In this document: positions 10,933-26,446 of the stretch, piece after piece
Layout: each line of letters opens with the position of its first letter
Numbering within the stretch: position 1 is the first letter of the stretch
DNA from: Eledone cirrhosa
Taxonomy: Eukaryota
Direction of reading: 5' to 3'
Assembly: GCA_964016885.1 (NCBI GenBank)
Contig: OZ024740.1
Location: forward strand, 235,352,001-235,416,000
DNA: 64,000 nt
The notes under the pieces: generated by a model
What the model saw: the letters and a program-made list of their open reading frames with translations, nothing else
Told to the model about the DNA's origin: nothing
Database searches by the model: none
Position numbers and translations under genes: made by a program

Positions 10933-11740
10933 ATCATCATCATCATCATCATCTTCGTTTAAGTTTAACGTCCGATTTCCACGCTAGCATGGGTTAGACA
11001 GGAGTTGTCTCACTTGAGGCAAGGCTGGTCAGGTGACCGTCTCTCGCTCATATAGGACCATCTGGCTGGTTTTCTACGGCTGGATGCCCTTCCTAACACC
11101 AACCACGTTTACAGTGTGGAACTGGGAACTTTTTACCGTGTTACCTACACGGCCACATTACAGCGTGGACTGTGTTTTTTTGTCGTGACACCTACACGAT
11201 CTCGATCGCATTTTCTCGTGCTGTTGGTGGGAGTGGGAGGATAGGGTAGGGGTAGTAGATTGGTGTGTATATTTGGTTAAGAAGTGCCTACTGACTGTAG
11301 GTTTTGCTTTGTACATAGGCAAGGCTGGTCTTCTGTATTACTGCGTAGCGCCAAAGATCTCGGTCCAGTGACATTGTCTTAGAGAGATGTAAGTGTGTAA
11401 GGTCAGAATTTATCAGATCATCCCTGGATTTTCTGGGTCTACCTACTCCGTAACTACCATCAATTTTGATCGCCCTGCACTTTTTTATGCGCATCATGTG
11501 ACCATACCAACGTAGTCTTCTCTCAAGTAAACAGCATCTGATCCCTCTTATTCCTAATTTCTCACTTTCTTCATTTATGCTTTGCCGTCCACGTATATTA
11601 CTATTACGCATCCAACGGAGCATGCATGCTTCGTTCCTTTCTAGTCTACGCAGGTCCTCTGCACGTAATGCCCATGTCTCACTGCCATGTAGCATTGCTG
11701 TTCGTATACAGGCATCATACAATCTGCCTTTCATTTTTAT
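10933..11740 (-). mobile_element. 5'-truncated RTE family B LINE
   Basis: Peptide [24 protein letters not shown]...[11 protein letters not shown]...GRPRKS (11288-11740), then a roughly 340-bp 3' UTR and (GAT)n tail. 5' end abuts (TA)n. Confidence 0.92.
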
Positions 11741-11744
11741 ATAC

Positions 11745-11807
<63 letters not shown>

Positions 11808-12129
11808 CGTATATACATATATATACGTATATACATATATATATATATTTGTGAACAGTTATGATGGAACTTGAGATGCTATTAACCATTTCATATTTTT
11901 TTTACCATTTGTTCTGTAACCACCACCTCCACTAAGTTGACAGTAATTGTAGAAAGCTTAATATTCAGTGAGGTTGTACTTACAGGTTCATATGTACCAA
12001 TTAATTATACACTGTAAGTTATAAACTGTGTGGAGGTGTGTGTTTGTGTATAATAAGTAAAATTTATTTCTGCTTTCTTAATGTTTGTTTTTATGTATTC
12101 ATTTATTTTTCCTTTACTATCCCGTGGAG

Positions 12130-12533
12130 CAGTTGTTCTCAAGCTTTTATTACTCATCCTGCACTTTAGAACAAGTAACATTATTTTCTTTGCACTTTCT
12201 GCCTAAATTCAAAAAGTTATACAAAAGAAGTATTCATACATATTAGCAAGTACAATACAGAGAATTATTAATACAGAGAAATTATTTGTACATCCTTCTT
12301 TAGTCTATAAATGGAGCAAAATTATCAATGAGAAACGTGTTGCAAGTTTTTTTGGCAATGTTTCCTAGTTTAATTGTTTCTCACTTTAACAGCTGTATAT
12401 GAAGTTTAGTACAATTTTCGATTGAATTTTTCACGCTTTGAAATAGAATCTTGCTCTATCACAGTGCACCTAATTAGATTTTGCAGTGCATCAGTGAATT
12501 AGTGCAGTTAGGTTTATGGTCTGGGAACCACTG
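12130..12533. mobile_element. Degenerate hAT-like MITE
   Basis: Termini CAGTTGTTCTCA / TGGGAACCACTG. TSD not clearly preserved. Confidence 0.4.
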
Positions 12534-12614
12534 CTGTACAAATTTTTATCATCCAGATTTCAAGACACCTGAATATATGTGGAAGTGTGTTTGTTTAACT
12601 GTTCAGTATTTACA

Positions 12615-12987
12615 AGTATGTTCCGTTGGATGTGCAATGTCAATGTGCGTGAACAAACAAGCATGGACGAGTTGAGAAAGAAACTGGGTATAAGAGGGAT
12701 AAGTTGTGGTGTACAGGAGAGAAGGCTGAGATGGTATGGGCATGTGATGCGCATGGAAGATGACCGCTGGGTAAAGAAGTGCCAAGAAATCCCAGTAGAA
12801 GGAAGATGCAGAAGAGGTAGACCACGTAAAACATGGGCGGAGGTGGTGAGAGCAGACCTCAGATTGCTGAAACTCACCGAGGAGATGACAAAGGACCGTG
12901 ACAAGTGGAGAGATGCTGTGCTGAATAGGACCCGTCCAACCCTTGCAAGCAGGGAAAAGCAGATGTAAAATGATGATGATGATGATT
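12615..12987 (+). mobile_element. RTE family C LINE 3' end
   Basis: Open peptide MFRWMCNVNVREQ...[21 protein letters not shown]...GRPRKTW...RPTLASREKQM*, followed almost directly by (TGA)n (very short 3' UTR). Confidence 0.92.
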
Positions 12988-13180
12988 ACTATATACATAT
13001 TATTATATTTTTGTGGTAAAGGCGTTATCTCACATAGTATCGAATCTATGAGATTTTGATGTTATTTATTTTGGGAACAATAACTTAACATAAGTATGAG
13101 CAGCTGGTTACAGCTGGTTTGAACAAAAAGAGGTGAGAGAATTCTGACCGGATATGACTGGTTTAAATGCTAAAGTGTTA
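12988..13180. mobile_element. Partial TTAA-flanked MITE (family of 6331-6541)
   Basis: GGTAAAGGCGTTATCTCACAT...GGTTTAAATGCTAAAGTGTTAA. Confidence 0.65.
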
Positions 13181-13410
13181 ATGTTTAACCAACCTCCTTT
13201 GAAGTTGTATCTCATAAGAAATTTCTTCGGTGCTTTAACCCTTTCGGTGTCAATCAACCTGAAGCTACCTTTCGATACAAATCTGTTTGTTTTGTAGTAT
13301 TTGTATTTGTCTAAACACTTTCTCTGATAACTTAAGGAACATAACTGAACAAAAGTTCTTACATAAAATTAGGATGGAAGGCTTTTTGAAATAAGTAGTT
13401 TTGTGCTGTA

Positions 13411-13674
13411 GAATGGGGGCAATCTCGGGGTGGTATAAGAAAATAAGAAATTAATGACAATTATTTACTAAAACTCTCTATACTTGGGTATATTGAGTAT
13501 ATGTGTAGTAGGCATTATTCAATTGCAGCATAGTCCATTGAACTTCTTCCTCAGAGAGAGAGAGATGGATATACACATACATAAACATACAGATATACCC
13601 AAGTATAGAGAGTTTTAGTAAATAATTGTCATTAATTTCTTATTTTCTTATACCACCTGAGATTGCCCCCATTC
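13411..13674. repeat. 82-bp near-perfect inverted repeat with 100-bp spacer
   Basis: 13411-13492 is the reverse complement of 13593-13674 apart from about 2 differences. Confidence 0.9.
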
Positions 13675-13769
13675 AATTCTCCTCATCCTTCTTCATCAAA
13701 ACTTCAAGCCTTTGGAACTTCCTTGTTTCTCCACCCACCAAGTTCTGTATTTTCCCCATATATATATAT

Positions 13770-14405
13770 ATCATCATCATATGTCCACTTTTTCCTGCTT
13801 GCAAGGGTGGAATGGGTCCTATTCAGCACAGCATCTCTCATTTCGACATGGTCCTTCGTCATCTCTGTGAGCTTCAGAGATCTGAGGTCACCTCTCACCA
13901 CCTACATCCATAATTTTCATGGTCTTCCTCTACTGTGTCTTCCTTCCACTGGGATTTCTTGGCACTTCTTTACCCAGTGGTCATCCTCCATGTGGATCAC
14001 ATGGCCATACCAACACAGTCTTCTCTTCTGCACACTACAGCTTATCCCTCTTATACATAGTTTCTCTCTCAACTCGTCTATGCTTGGTCATTCATGCACA
14101 TTGACATTGCACATCCAACAGACCATGCTTGCTTCATTTCTCTCCAACTGTCGCATATCCTCCGCAGTTGCTGCCCATGTCTCACTACCATGCAGCATTG
14201 TGCATCTCACACAGGCATCATATAACCGGCCTTTTGTTCTTAGGGAGAAACCCTTCATTGTCAACAGAGGAAGCAGCTCCCTAAACTTCTTCCAACCCGT
14301 CCTTATTCTAGATACTATGGCCTCGGAGAACCCTCCTCCCTTGCTAATCTGATCACCTAGGTATTGGAAGCTATCAACCACCTCTATAGATCCTACCTGC
14401 ATTTG
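13770..14405 (-). mobile_element. 5'-truncated RTE family C LINE
   Basis: QVGSIEVVDSFQYLGDQISKGGG...RIRTGWKKFRELLPLL...LHGSETW, C-terminal TLASRKKWT, (GAT)n tail next to (TA)n. Confidence 0.92.
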
Positions 14406-14471
14406 AAAAATGTGTCTATCACTGCGACTTCTACTGTCAAATTTCCCTGAACATCTACTTTTCTCTACCTC

Positions 14472-14752
14472 GTGAGGTTGTGAGTTTGATTCCTGGATGG
14501 GATGGTGCATTGTATCCTTGAACAAGACACTTTATTTCATTTGCTTCAGTTCACTCAACTGTGATGCCACAGGTGCCAAGCTATATTGGCCTTTGCCTCT
14601 CCCTTGGATGGCATTGGTGGCATAGAGAAGGGAGACAGGTATTCATGGGAGATTGCTAGTCTTCTTCAAAAACACCTTGCCTGGGCTTGCACTTTGGAGG
14701 GGAACTTTGTGGGTGTAAAATCCATGGTCATTCATGACTGAAGGGGGTCATT
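14472..14752 (+). mobile_element. SINE variant sharing the B-box/CORE-like segment with the chimeric SINE but with a different 3' part
   Basis: GAGGTTGTGAGTTTGATTCC...CCTTGAACAAGACACTTTATTTCA. Confidence 0.5.
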
Positions 14753-14777
14753 TCCCATATATATATACACACACATA

Positions 14778-14879
14778 CAAGGTGTTCCCAAAAAATGTTT
14801 ACACACTTCAACAGCATTCTAATAAATATTACCTGTACAAGTAATGAAAGTATGTATACATTTTTAGGGGGACACCCTG
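14778..14879. mobile_element. Tc1-like MITE
   Basis: TA-CAAGGTGTTCCCAAAAAATG / CATTTTTAGGGGGACACCCTG. Related copies at 28523-28624 and 48357-48578. Confidence 0.65.
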
Positions 14880-15898
14880 CATAATGCAAATTGGCCAGTT
14901 ACTAGTCACTGATTAAATGACTGCTGATTATCTATAATGTAATTATGTATTGTGATATGAAAATGTGTATTATAATTAATGGTAAGTAATTTTTTCATCT
15001 GGGGAATTTCCACAGGTCCCGCTTGTATAATAATATTTCATGATTAATCACAATTATGAAGCTACTATTTGAGAGTACATGATGACAAAATTAGGTTGAT
15101 TTTACTGTAAGAGGTAACATATACCAGCCAGCAAAAAATTGGGTATGCTCTGAAAATGGAGAAATATTGATGTTTTTAAATAGAATTTACAAGTTCTTTT
15201 GATCATCAAATTTTAATTTTTGTTTGAGGAAGTTAATGGAATGTGTAATAGGAATCTTTATAATTTTAAAATTATCAGAAGGTATGTAGGTATATAAGCC
15301 AAACTCATTATCTTCAATTTGTTCATGCCTTAGCTATGGTTATGAATCTTGGGTAATGAATGAAAGAATATGATTGTGAATACTAGTGGCTGAAATGGTG
15401 TATCCTCTTGTGGGTAGGAGGGTTTTCCTTATACTTTGGCAACCTTTAACCTACAGGAAGTTATGGCCCCTGGGTAGAGCCAAGTAATTTCCAGTTGTGT
15501 AGATCAGAGTTATATTACCCTGGTGGGCCTAGATTGTATGTCCTAGGAAATGTATATATTTCTTATGAATTTCTTACATGTTGAATCCAATGAGTTTCCT
15601 GGATTTCCCTTTCATCCATGGTTTTCTTGCTTCAAAACAATAATGACCAATTATCAAAAAATGATTAATCAGCAAAACAGCTGATACCAATTAATTGATA
15701 AAATGGCTGATGTGACTGATATAGCCAATACCAATTATATGCCAATTAATCAGTGCAACCCTAATATGGTTATGTTAGCCAACAACATATCGACCCATTC
15801 ACATGATTATGTTAACATCTGATGACGTCACACTGGTGCAGGTTGCTGTTGTAACAATTGCACAAAAGCTCCATGCATGTGTCACAGAAATAGGTATA

Positions 15899-16273
15899 AT
15901 AATTGTTTCTACTTTAGGCACAAGGCCAGCAATTACCCAGTGCATTACTGGTACTTTATTTTATCGACCCCGTATGGATGAAAGGCAAAGTCAACCTCGG
16001 CTGGATTTGAACTCAGATCGTAAAGGGACGTAACTATGCTGGAAAGCATGGCGTCCGACCCTCCACCGATACTGCCAATCCACAAATAGGTATAATAATG
16101 GTTTCTGATTTAGACACAGGGCCAACAATTAAATCGACCCCAGAGCATTGCTGTGATCCCCGTAAGGATGAAAGCTAACCTCGGTAGGATTTGAACTCAG
16201 AATGTAAAAGCTCTTAACCCTATGCCACAAAACATGTTGTCCAATGCACTACTGATACTGCCAATCCACCACC
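15899..16273 (-). mobile_element. Two tandem Nin/Deu-like SINE copies
   Basis: Same motifs as 410-600, each ending (plus strand) in GATACTGCCAATCCAC. Confidence 0.8.
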
Positions 16274-16342
16274 CTAAGAAAATACGTATAATAATAAATA
16301 GGATTATGTAACTTCTGTCTTAATATTTATTTCATATATATT

Positions 16343-16616
16343 CCCCCCACCGCAAGGTGGTCGTGGAGGTGCCACGGCAAAAAAGCACCCAGCCCACACT
16401 GTAAAGTCGACGTGTAGGCGCCACGAAAAAGCACCCAGCACTCACTGTAAATGAGGTTGGTGTTAGGAAGGGCATCCAGCTGTAGAAATCAAGCCAAATC
16501 AGTTCCTGTATGAGCAAGGCATGGTCAGCCGACCAGACACTGCCCACAACAGGACAACCCGTCTAACCCATGCTAGCGTGGAAGAACGGATGTAAAACGG
16601 TGATGATGATGATGAT
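16343..16616 (+). mobile_element. Young RTE family A 3' UTR copy
   Basis: Almost identical to the reverse complement of 61462-61740. Confidence 0.92.
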
Positions 16617-16669
16617 ATAACACATACAAGCATGACAATTGGACATGTTTAACATATAATCTCCTACAA

Positions 16670-16966
16670 TGTTGTGGCTACAACAAAAAGAACTAAGTCT
16701 ACCCTGTATTGTGGTCCAGTGGCACAATATCAAAAACATCCAGTCTATCCTGTAAGGTGGTTTACTGGTAACATGACAAAAAGCACCCAATATACACTGT
16801 AATGTGGTTGGTATTAGAAAGGGCATCCAGCTGTAGAAAGCAAGCCAAAATACAGATCTGTATGAGCAAGATGTGGTCTCTGGGCCTGACTTGTCTCACA
16901 ATATGACAACCTGTTTAACTCATGCAAGTGTGGAAAAATAGATAATAAATGATGATGATGATGATG
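16670..16966 (+). mobile_element. Older degenerate RTE family A-like 3' UTR
   Basis: CACTGTAATGTGGTTGGTATTAGAAAGGGCATCCAGCTGTAGAAA, (GAT)n tail. Confidence 0.7.
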
Positions 16967-17088
16967 AAATTTATATATATATATATAGAATTAGCTAATT
17001 AAATAGCTCTGTTCTATATATAGAGCACTCTTTTTTCCTTTGCTTTTCCTTTGGAATTATGTAACACTACACACACACATATATATAT

Positions 17089-17722
17089 AAGGGATAACAA
17101 GTTATCGTTATAGGTAATCCAGTTAGAGGTTGTGAATACTCCGTATTGTGGATAGTTTTAGCGTACAGCGTTGTTTGACTCAACAAGGGGTTTACATAGG
17201 TGGCGAGTTTGTGAGTTCTCGGGAATTCCTATGTAAGTTTATCTTGGAGTAATAATATTGAAAGAGTGAAGAATAACATGGTCAACAGTACAAGAAGGGT
17301 TTTATTTACAGTATTAACAATTGTTTCATTGATTAAGTTGTCTTAAAATTGCTAATCACTTGAAGTTGTGTCACTCAATTTTAAATATGATGTGTGCTTA
17401 ACCAAATCATCAGAAAAACTGAATAAAATTATACACAGCATTTACAAATTCAAATTACAGCATCAGTAATAAAGAAAGAAAAAGAAGAAAAAAGAAAAAG
17501 ATAGATAAAAAAAAGAGAAAGAAAGAAAGAAGACAAAAAGAATAAAGAAAAAAGATGAAGAAGAAAAATAGAGAGAAAAAATAAAAGTATTGATGAGAAA
17601 TGAATAAGTTATAGTGAAGATGATAAAAAATAAATTAAAAAATGTATATGTGTGCGAAGAAAATGAACATAATATGACCATGTTGACCATGACCATGTTA
17701 TTCTTCACTCTTTCACTATTAT
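17089..17722 (-). mobile_element. Penelope-like remnant with long-stem hammerhead motif and internal inversion
   Basis: Hammerhead motif at 17309-17421 followed by AATAAA on the minus strand. 17252-17284 is inverted at 17690-17722. Ends in (TA)n. Confidence 0.5.
17309..17421 (-). ncRNA. Type I hammerhead-like motif with extended stem II
   Basis: CAGTTTTT-CTGATGA-TTTGGTTAAG...CTTAATCAAT-GAAAC-AATT-GT-T-AATACTG. Palindromic AACAATTGTT helix III, imperfect helix I. Confidence 0.5.
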
Positions 17723-18277
17723 CATCGTTTAATGTCCATCTTCCACACTAGCATGGGTTAGACGGGAGTTGTCCCACTTGAGGCAAGGTTGGTCGGGTGA
17801 CCGTGTCTCGCTCATATAGGACTATCTGGCAGGTTTTCTACGGCTGGATGCACTTCCTAACACCAACCACATTTACAGTGTGGAACTGGGAACATTTTAC
17901 ACGGCCACATTACAGCGTGGACTGTGTGTTTTTTCTCGTGACACCTACACGATCTCAATCTCATTATCTCATTTATTTGGACTGGATGTTGTAGTACCAA
18001 CTTTACAGAGAGAGGGTGGTGTTGGTGGGAGTGGGAGGATAGGGTAGGGGTAGTGGATTGGGGTGTATATTTGGTTAAGAGGTGCCTACTGACTGTAGGT
18101 TTTGCTTTGTACTTAGGCAAGGCAGATCTTCTGTATTACTGCGTAGTGCCAAAGATCTCGGTCCAGTGACATTGTCTTAGTGAGGTGCAAGTGTGTAAGC
18201 TCAGAATTTATCAGATCGTCCCAGGTTTTTCTAGGTCTACCTACTCCGTAACTACCATCAATTTTGATCGCTCTGCA

Positions 18278-18282
<5 letters not shown>
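17721..18282 (-). mobile_element. 5'-truncated RTE family B LINE
   Basis: Highly similar to 10960-11482. Encodes [28 protein letters not shown]. Confidence 0.9.
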
Positions 18283-18316
<34 letters not shown>

Positions 18317-18319
18317 ATA

Positions 18320-18463
18320 TCAGGTTGGTGCTAGAAAGGGTATTTAGAAACCAAGCCAAAATTGGTTCTGTGTGAGCATTATATGGTCACCTGACCTAGC
18401 ATTTCTCACAACAGGATAACTCGTCTAATCCATGCTAGCGTGGAAAAGTGGACATTAAACGAT
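18320..18463 (+). mobile_element. Degenerate RTE family A 3' UTR end
   Basis: AGAAACCAAGCCAAA...CACAACAGGATAACTCGTCTAATCCATGCTAGCGTGGAAAAGTGGAC. Confidence 0.65.
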
Positions 18464-18653
18464 ATTTATATATATGTATACATACATATTTACACACACA
18501 TACTTCATACATACATATATAATCACATCTGTCATGTCTGACAGTAGCTTTTGCTAAATTCATCTCGTGGATAATGTTTTCCTTTTAGTTACTAACATAA
18601 TAATAATAAAAACATGTGTGTAAGAGTGTTTATGTGTGTACACGCAACCAAGC

Positions 18654-20640
<1,987 letters not shown>

Positions 20641-20980
20641 AACACACAGTCCACGCTGTAAATGTGGCCGTGTAGGCAACACGGTAAAAACCTCCCAGCC
20701 CCACACTGTAAATGTGGTTGGTGTTAGGAAGGGCATCCAGCTGTAGAAAACCAGCCAGACAGTCCACGCTGTAATGTGGCCGTGTAGGCAACACGGTAAA
20801 AACCTCCCAGCCCCACACTGTAAATGTGGTTGGTGTTAGGAAGGGCATCCAACTGTAGAAAACCCGCCAGACAGTCCTATGCGAGCAAGACAACCACTCT
20901 TGCCTCAAGTGGGAAAACCCCCGTCCAAACCCATGCAAGCGTGGAACACGGACGCTAAACCTGATGATGATGATGATGAT
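20641..20980 (+). mobile_element. RTE family B 3' UTR with an internal tandem duplication of about 112 bp
   Basis: ACAGTCCACGCTGTAA...AGAAAACC.GCCAG occurs at 20647 and 20759. (GAT)n tail. Confidence 0.88.
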
Positions 20981-21981
<1,001 letters not shown>

Positions 21982-22002
21982 CATATATATATATATACAT
22001 AT

Positions 22003-22053
<51 letters not shown>

Positions 22054-22075
22054 CATATATACATATATACATATA

Positions 22076-23522
22076 TATTCTCTTTTACTCTTTTACTCTT
22101 TTACCTGTTTCAGCCATCCGGCTGAGGCCATGCTGGGGCACCGCCCTTGTTGCTACACATTTTATCTCCAGCCTGTATAGGTTGGCCACTGGTGTAGGAG
22201 GGAGTTTGTTGCTGCTGCCCTTAGGTTTCCCTCGTGTCTTGCTGTGGGCTCATCCGGGATCCTGGATAACAAGGTGTCGAGATGTTTCTTAAAGACATCC
22301 ACCTCCACGTCATGCAAGTCTCGCAGATGCCTCGGCAGCCTGTTGAAGAGTTGAGGGCCCTTGAATCCCAGGCTATTGCAATACCTGCTCCTTATTCTAG
22401 ATGTGGAAGACGGGACCTTTGGCACCACACAGTGACGTCCTGTTCGACGGTTGGTCCAGCTCCCAATGCCAAAGTTTGGTGCTAGTCCCTCCAGGATTTT
22501 CCACATGTAGATCACTGCGTATCTCTCCCGTCTTCGCTCCAAGGAGTAGAGGTTCAGTTCCTTCAGCCTCTCCCAGTAGCTTGTCTCCCTCATCTTGGCA
22601 ATCCTCTTGGTGTAGCTTCGCTGGATTGCCTCAAGCTCTGTGGTTAGTTTGACACTATGGGGTGACCACAGCTGGGAGCAGTAGTCCAGGCGGCTTAGGA
22701 CAAAAGTCCTCCACAGTGTCAACATGGTGTCTCGATCTCTTGTAAGGAAAGTCCTCAAGATCCAGCCAGCGAATCGTCTACATGCTGTCGCCACCTTCAT
22801 GATGTGTGAAGAAAAAGATGCATCATCGCTCATGTCTATGCCCAGGTCTCGTATCGATTTTGACACGGGGATATCGGTCCCTCCTGGTCCTGTGTAGCTG
22901 TGTTCCGCTATATTTGTGTTTGTGTTTGCAGGTTTGTATTGTAGGGCTTGAAATTTGCCAGCATTAAACTGCATGTTGTTTTCTTCCGCCCATCTGTATA
23001 TGGCATCCAGATCCTGCTGTAAGAGGGCAGCGTCAGCCGGGTTTTTGATTGCCTGTGCTACCTTAGTGTCATCAGCATAGCTAGTGAGGGATGTTGTTGC
23101 ATGCACCACAGAGGGCATGTCCGAGAGAGCCACCAAAAACAGTAGTGGTCCCAGGACTGTCCCCTGAGGCACCCCACTTGTTATCGGTGTTTCCCTCGAG
23201 AGGGCCCCATTTGCTGCGACTGCCTGGCTTCTGTCCCTCAGGAAGCTATGCAGCCACTCACCTACTTTTCCAGTTATGCCGAGTCCGTGTAGTTTGTGAC
23301 ATATCATTCCGTGGTCGACCTTGTCAAAGGCCTTCGCAAAGTCAAGATATATCACGTCTACATGTGAGCTGTCTAGTAGTTGTCTCAGTACCCAGTCGTA
23401 GTGATGTAGCAGCTGTGTAAGGCAGCTTCTTCCTGGGCGGAAGCCATGTTGCGTGCTAGTCAGGCGGTCATTTTCTTCGAGGAAAGTGATTAGTTTCTTT
23501 CTGATGACTCGCTCCATGACCT
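22076..23522 (-). mobile_element. 5'-truncated CR1/L2-group LINE with short 3' UTR and (GTAAAAGA)n tail
   Basis: RT motifs [48 protein letters not shown]-rich relative to flanks. TA tracts on both sides. Confidence 0.92.

Positions 23523-23523
<1 letters not shown>
22162..23523 (-). CDS. Partial non-LTR reverse transcriptase ORF (about 450 aa, uninterrupted, no native start)
   Basis: Portion [11 protein letters not shown]...WPTYTGWR of ORF 22162..24438. The upstream part of that ORF is microsatellite. Confidence 0.85.
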
Positions 23524-24468
<945 letters not shown>

Positions 24469-24471
<3 letters not shown>

Positions 24472-24832
24472 ATCATCATCGTTTAACGTCCATCTTCCAC
24501 GCTTGCATGGGTTTGGACGGGAGGTTTCCCACTTGAGGCAAGATTGGTTGTCCTGCTCGCATAGGACTGTCTGGTGGGTTTTCTACGGCTGGATGCCCTT
24601 AATAACACCAACCACGTTTACTGTGTGGACTGGGAGGTTTTTACCGTGTTACCTACACGGCCACAATACAGCGTGGACTGTGTGTTTTTTTGTCGTGACA
24701 CCTACACGACCTCATTTGTTTCGGACTGGATGTTGTAGTACCAACATAACTTTACATCGAAAGGGGTGGTGTGTATGGGGTGGAGGTAGTGGGACGGAGG
24801 TGTATTTTGTTAGAGGTGCCTACTGACTGTAG
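24469..24832 (-). mobile_element. RTE family B 3' UTR fragment
   Basis: (CAT)n then GTTTAACGTCCATCTTCCACGCTTGCATGGG..., homologous to 10960-11298. Confidence 0.88.
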
Positions 24833-24833
24833 T

Positions 24834-24869
<36 letters not shown>

Positions 24870-25403
24870 ATATATATATATACATACACATATACATATA
24901 TATATATATATTAAAATGTTTCTGCACTAATAGTATTTGTTTATACACAACTCAACGTTTTTGTGTATGTGTGTATGTGGATACACACACATATATACAT
25001 ACATACAAATATATATATATATGTATACACACACACACACACGCATATTTATCCAGACACACACACACACACATATTGTAATGTGTCATTTACTTTGTTA
25101 TTTCTGTTTGCTTTTTGCACATATATACACATGTATATATACACATGTATGTATAATCTGACTCCCACATGAACGTGTTTTCCCGGATGTTTCTAGAAGC
25201 ATCACTAGCTGTTGGCAGGCTAGTGGTTGGAGTATCTCATCTGTTTATAACATTCAGTTAACGAGATAAGATGGTGATGTCATACAAGCACGTGTATGGA
25301 TTTATATCTATCTATCTATATATCTATATATATCTTTCTTTATCTATATACACATGTGAATTTTTATACACAATTATATCTATCTATTGTGTGTCAATCT
25401 ATG

Positions 25404-25494
<91 letters not shown>

Positions 25495-25545
25495 CACACA
25501 TATATATATATATACATGTACACATATACATATATACACATATAC

Positions 25546-25576
<31 letters not shown>

Positions 25577-25855
25577 TACATATATATATATAAATACACA
25601 TATACATATGAGGTTAGAGTGTAGTACTGTCTTGAATATATACAAATATACACACATACACATACATACATACACATATAAACACACCCATGTGTATATG
25701 CACATGCTTAGAGTTAAGCATATTACAATAAATTACATAAAAATATTCATTTCTTTTGGAAATTTCACACACACACACACACACACACATATCCATCCAT
25801 AACTAACCTGGTAGCAAGCACATCCATCATTATATATATATACTTTTCATGTCAT

Positions 25856-26446
25856 TGTAGCATGTGTATGTTGTAGCATGTGTATGCTGTAGCATGAGTA
25901 TGCTGTAGCATGTGTATGTTGTAGCATGTGTATGTTGTAGCATGTATATGTTGTAGCATGTATATGTTGTAGCATGTGTATGTTGTAGCATGTGTATGTT
26001 GTAGCATGTGTATGTTGTAGCATGTGTATGTTGTAGCATGTGTATGCTGTAGCATGTGTATGCTGTAGCATGTGTATGCTGTAGCATGTGTATGCTGTAG
26101 CATGTGTATGTTGTAGCATGTGTATGTTGTAGCATGTGTATGTTGTAGCATGTGTATGTTGTAGCATGTGTATGTTGTAGCATGTGTATGTTGTAGCATG
26201 TGTATGTTGTAGCATGTGTATGTTGTAGCATGTGTATGCTGTAGCATGTGTATGCTGTAGCATGTGTATGTTGTAGCATGTGTATGCTGTAGCATGTGTA
26301 TGTTGTAGCATGTGTATGTTGTAGCATGTGTATGTTGTAGCATGTGTATGTTGTAGCATGTGTATGCTGTAGCATGTGTATGCTGTAGCATGTTTATGCT
26401 GTAGCATGTGTATGCTGTAGCATGTTTATGTTGTAGCATGTGTATG
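25856..26446. repeat. 16-bp minisatellite (TGTAGCATGTGTATGY), about 37 copies
   Basis: Direct reading, highly homogeneous with T/C variant at one position. Confidence 0.97.
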
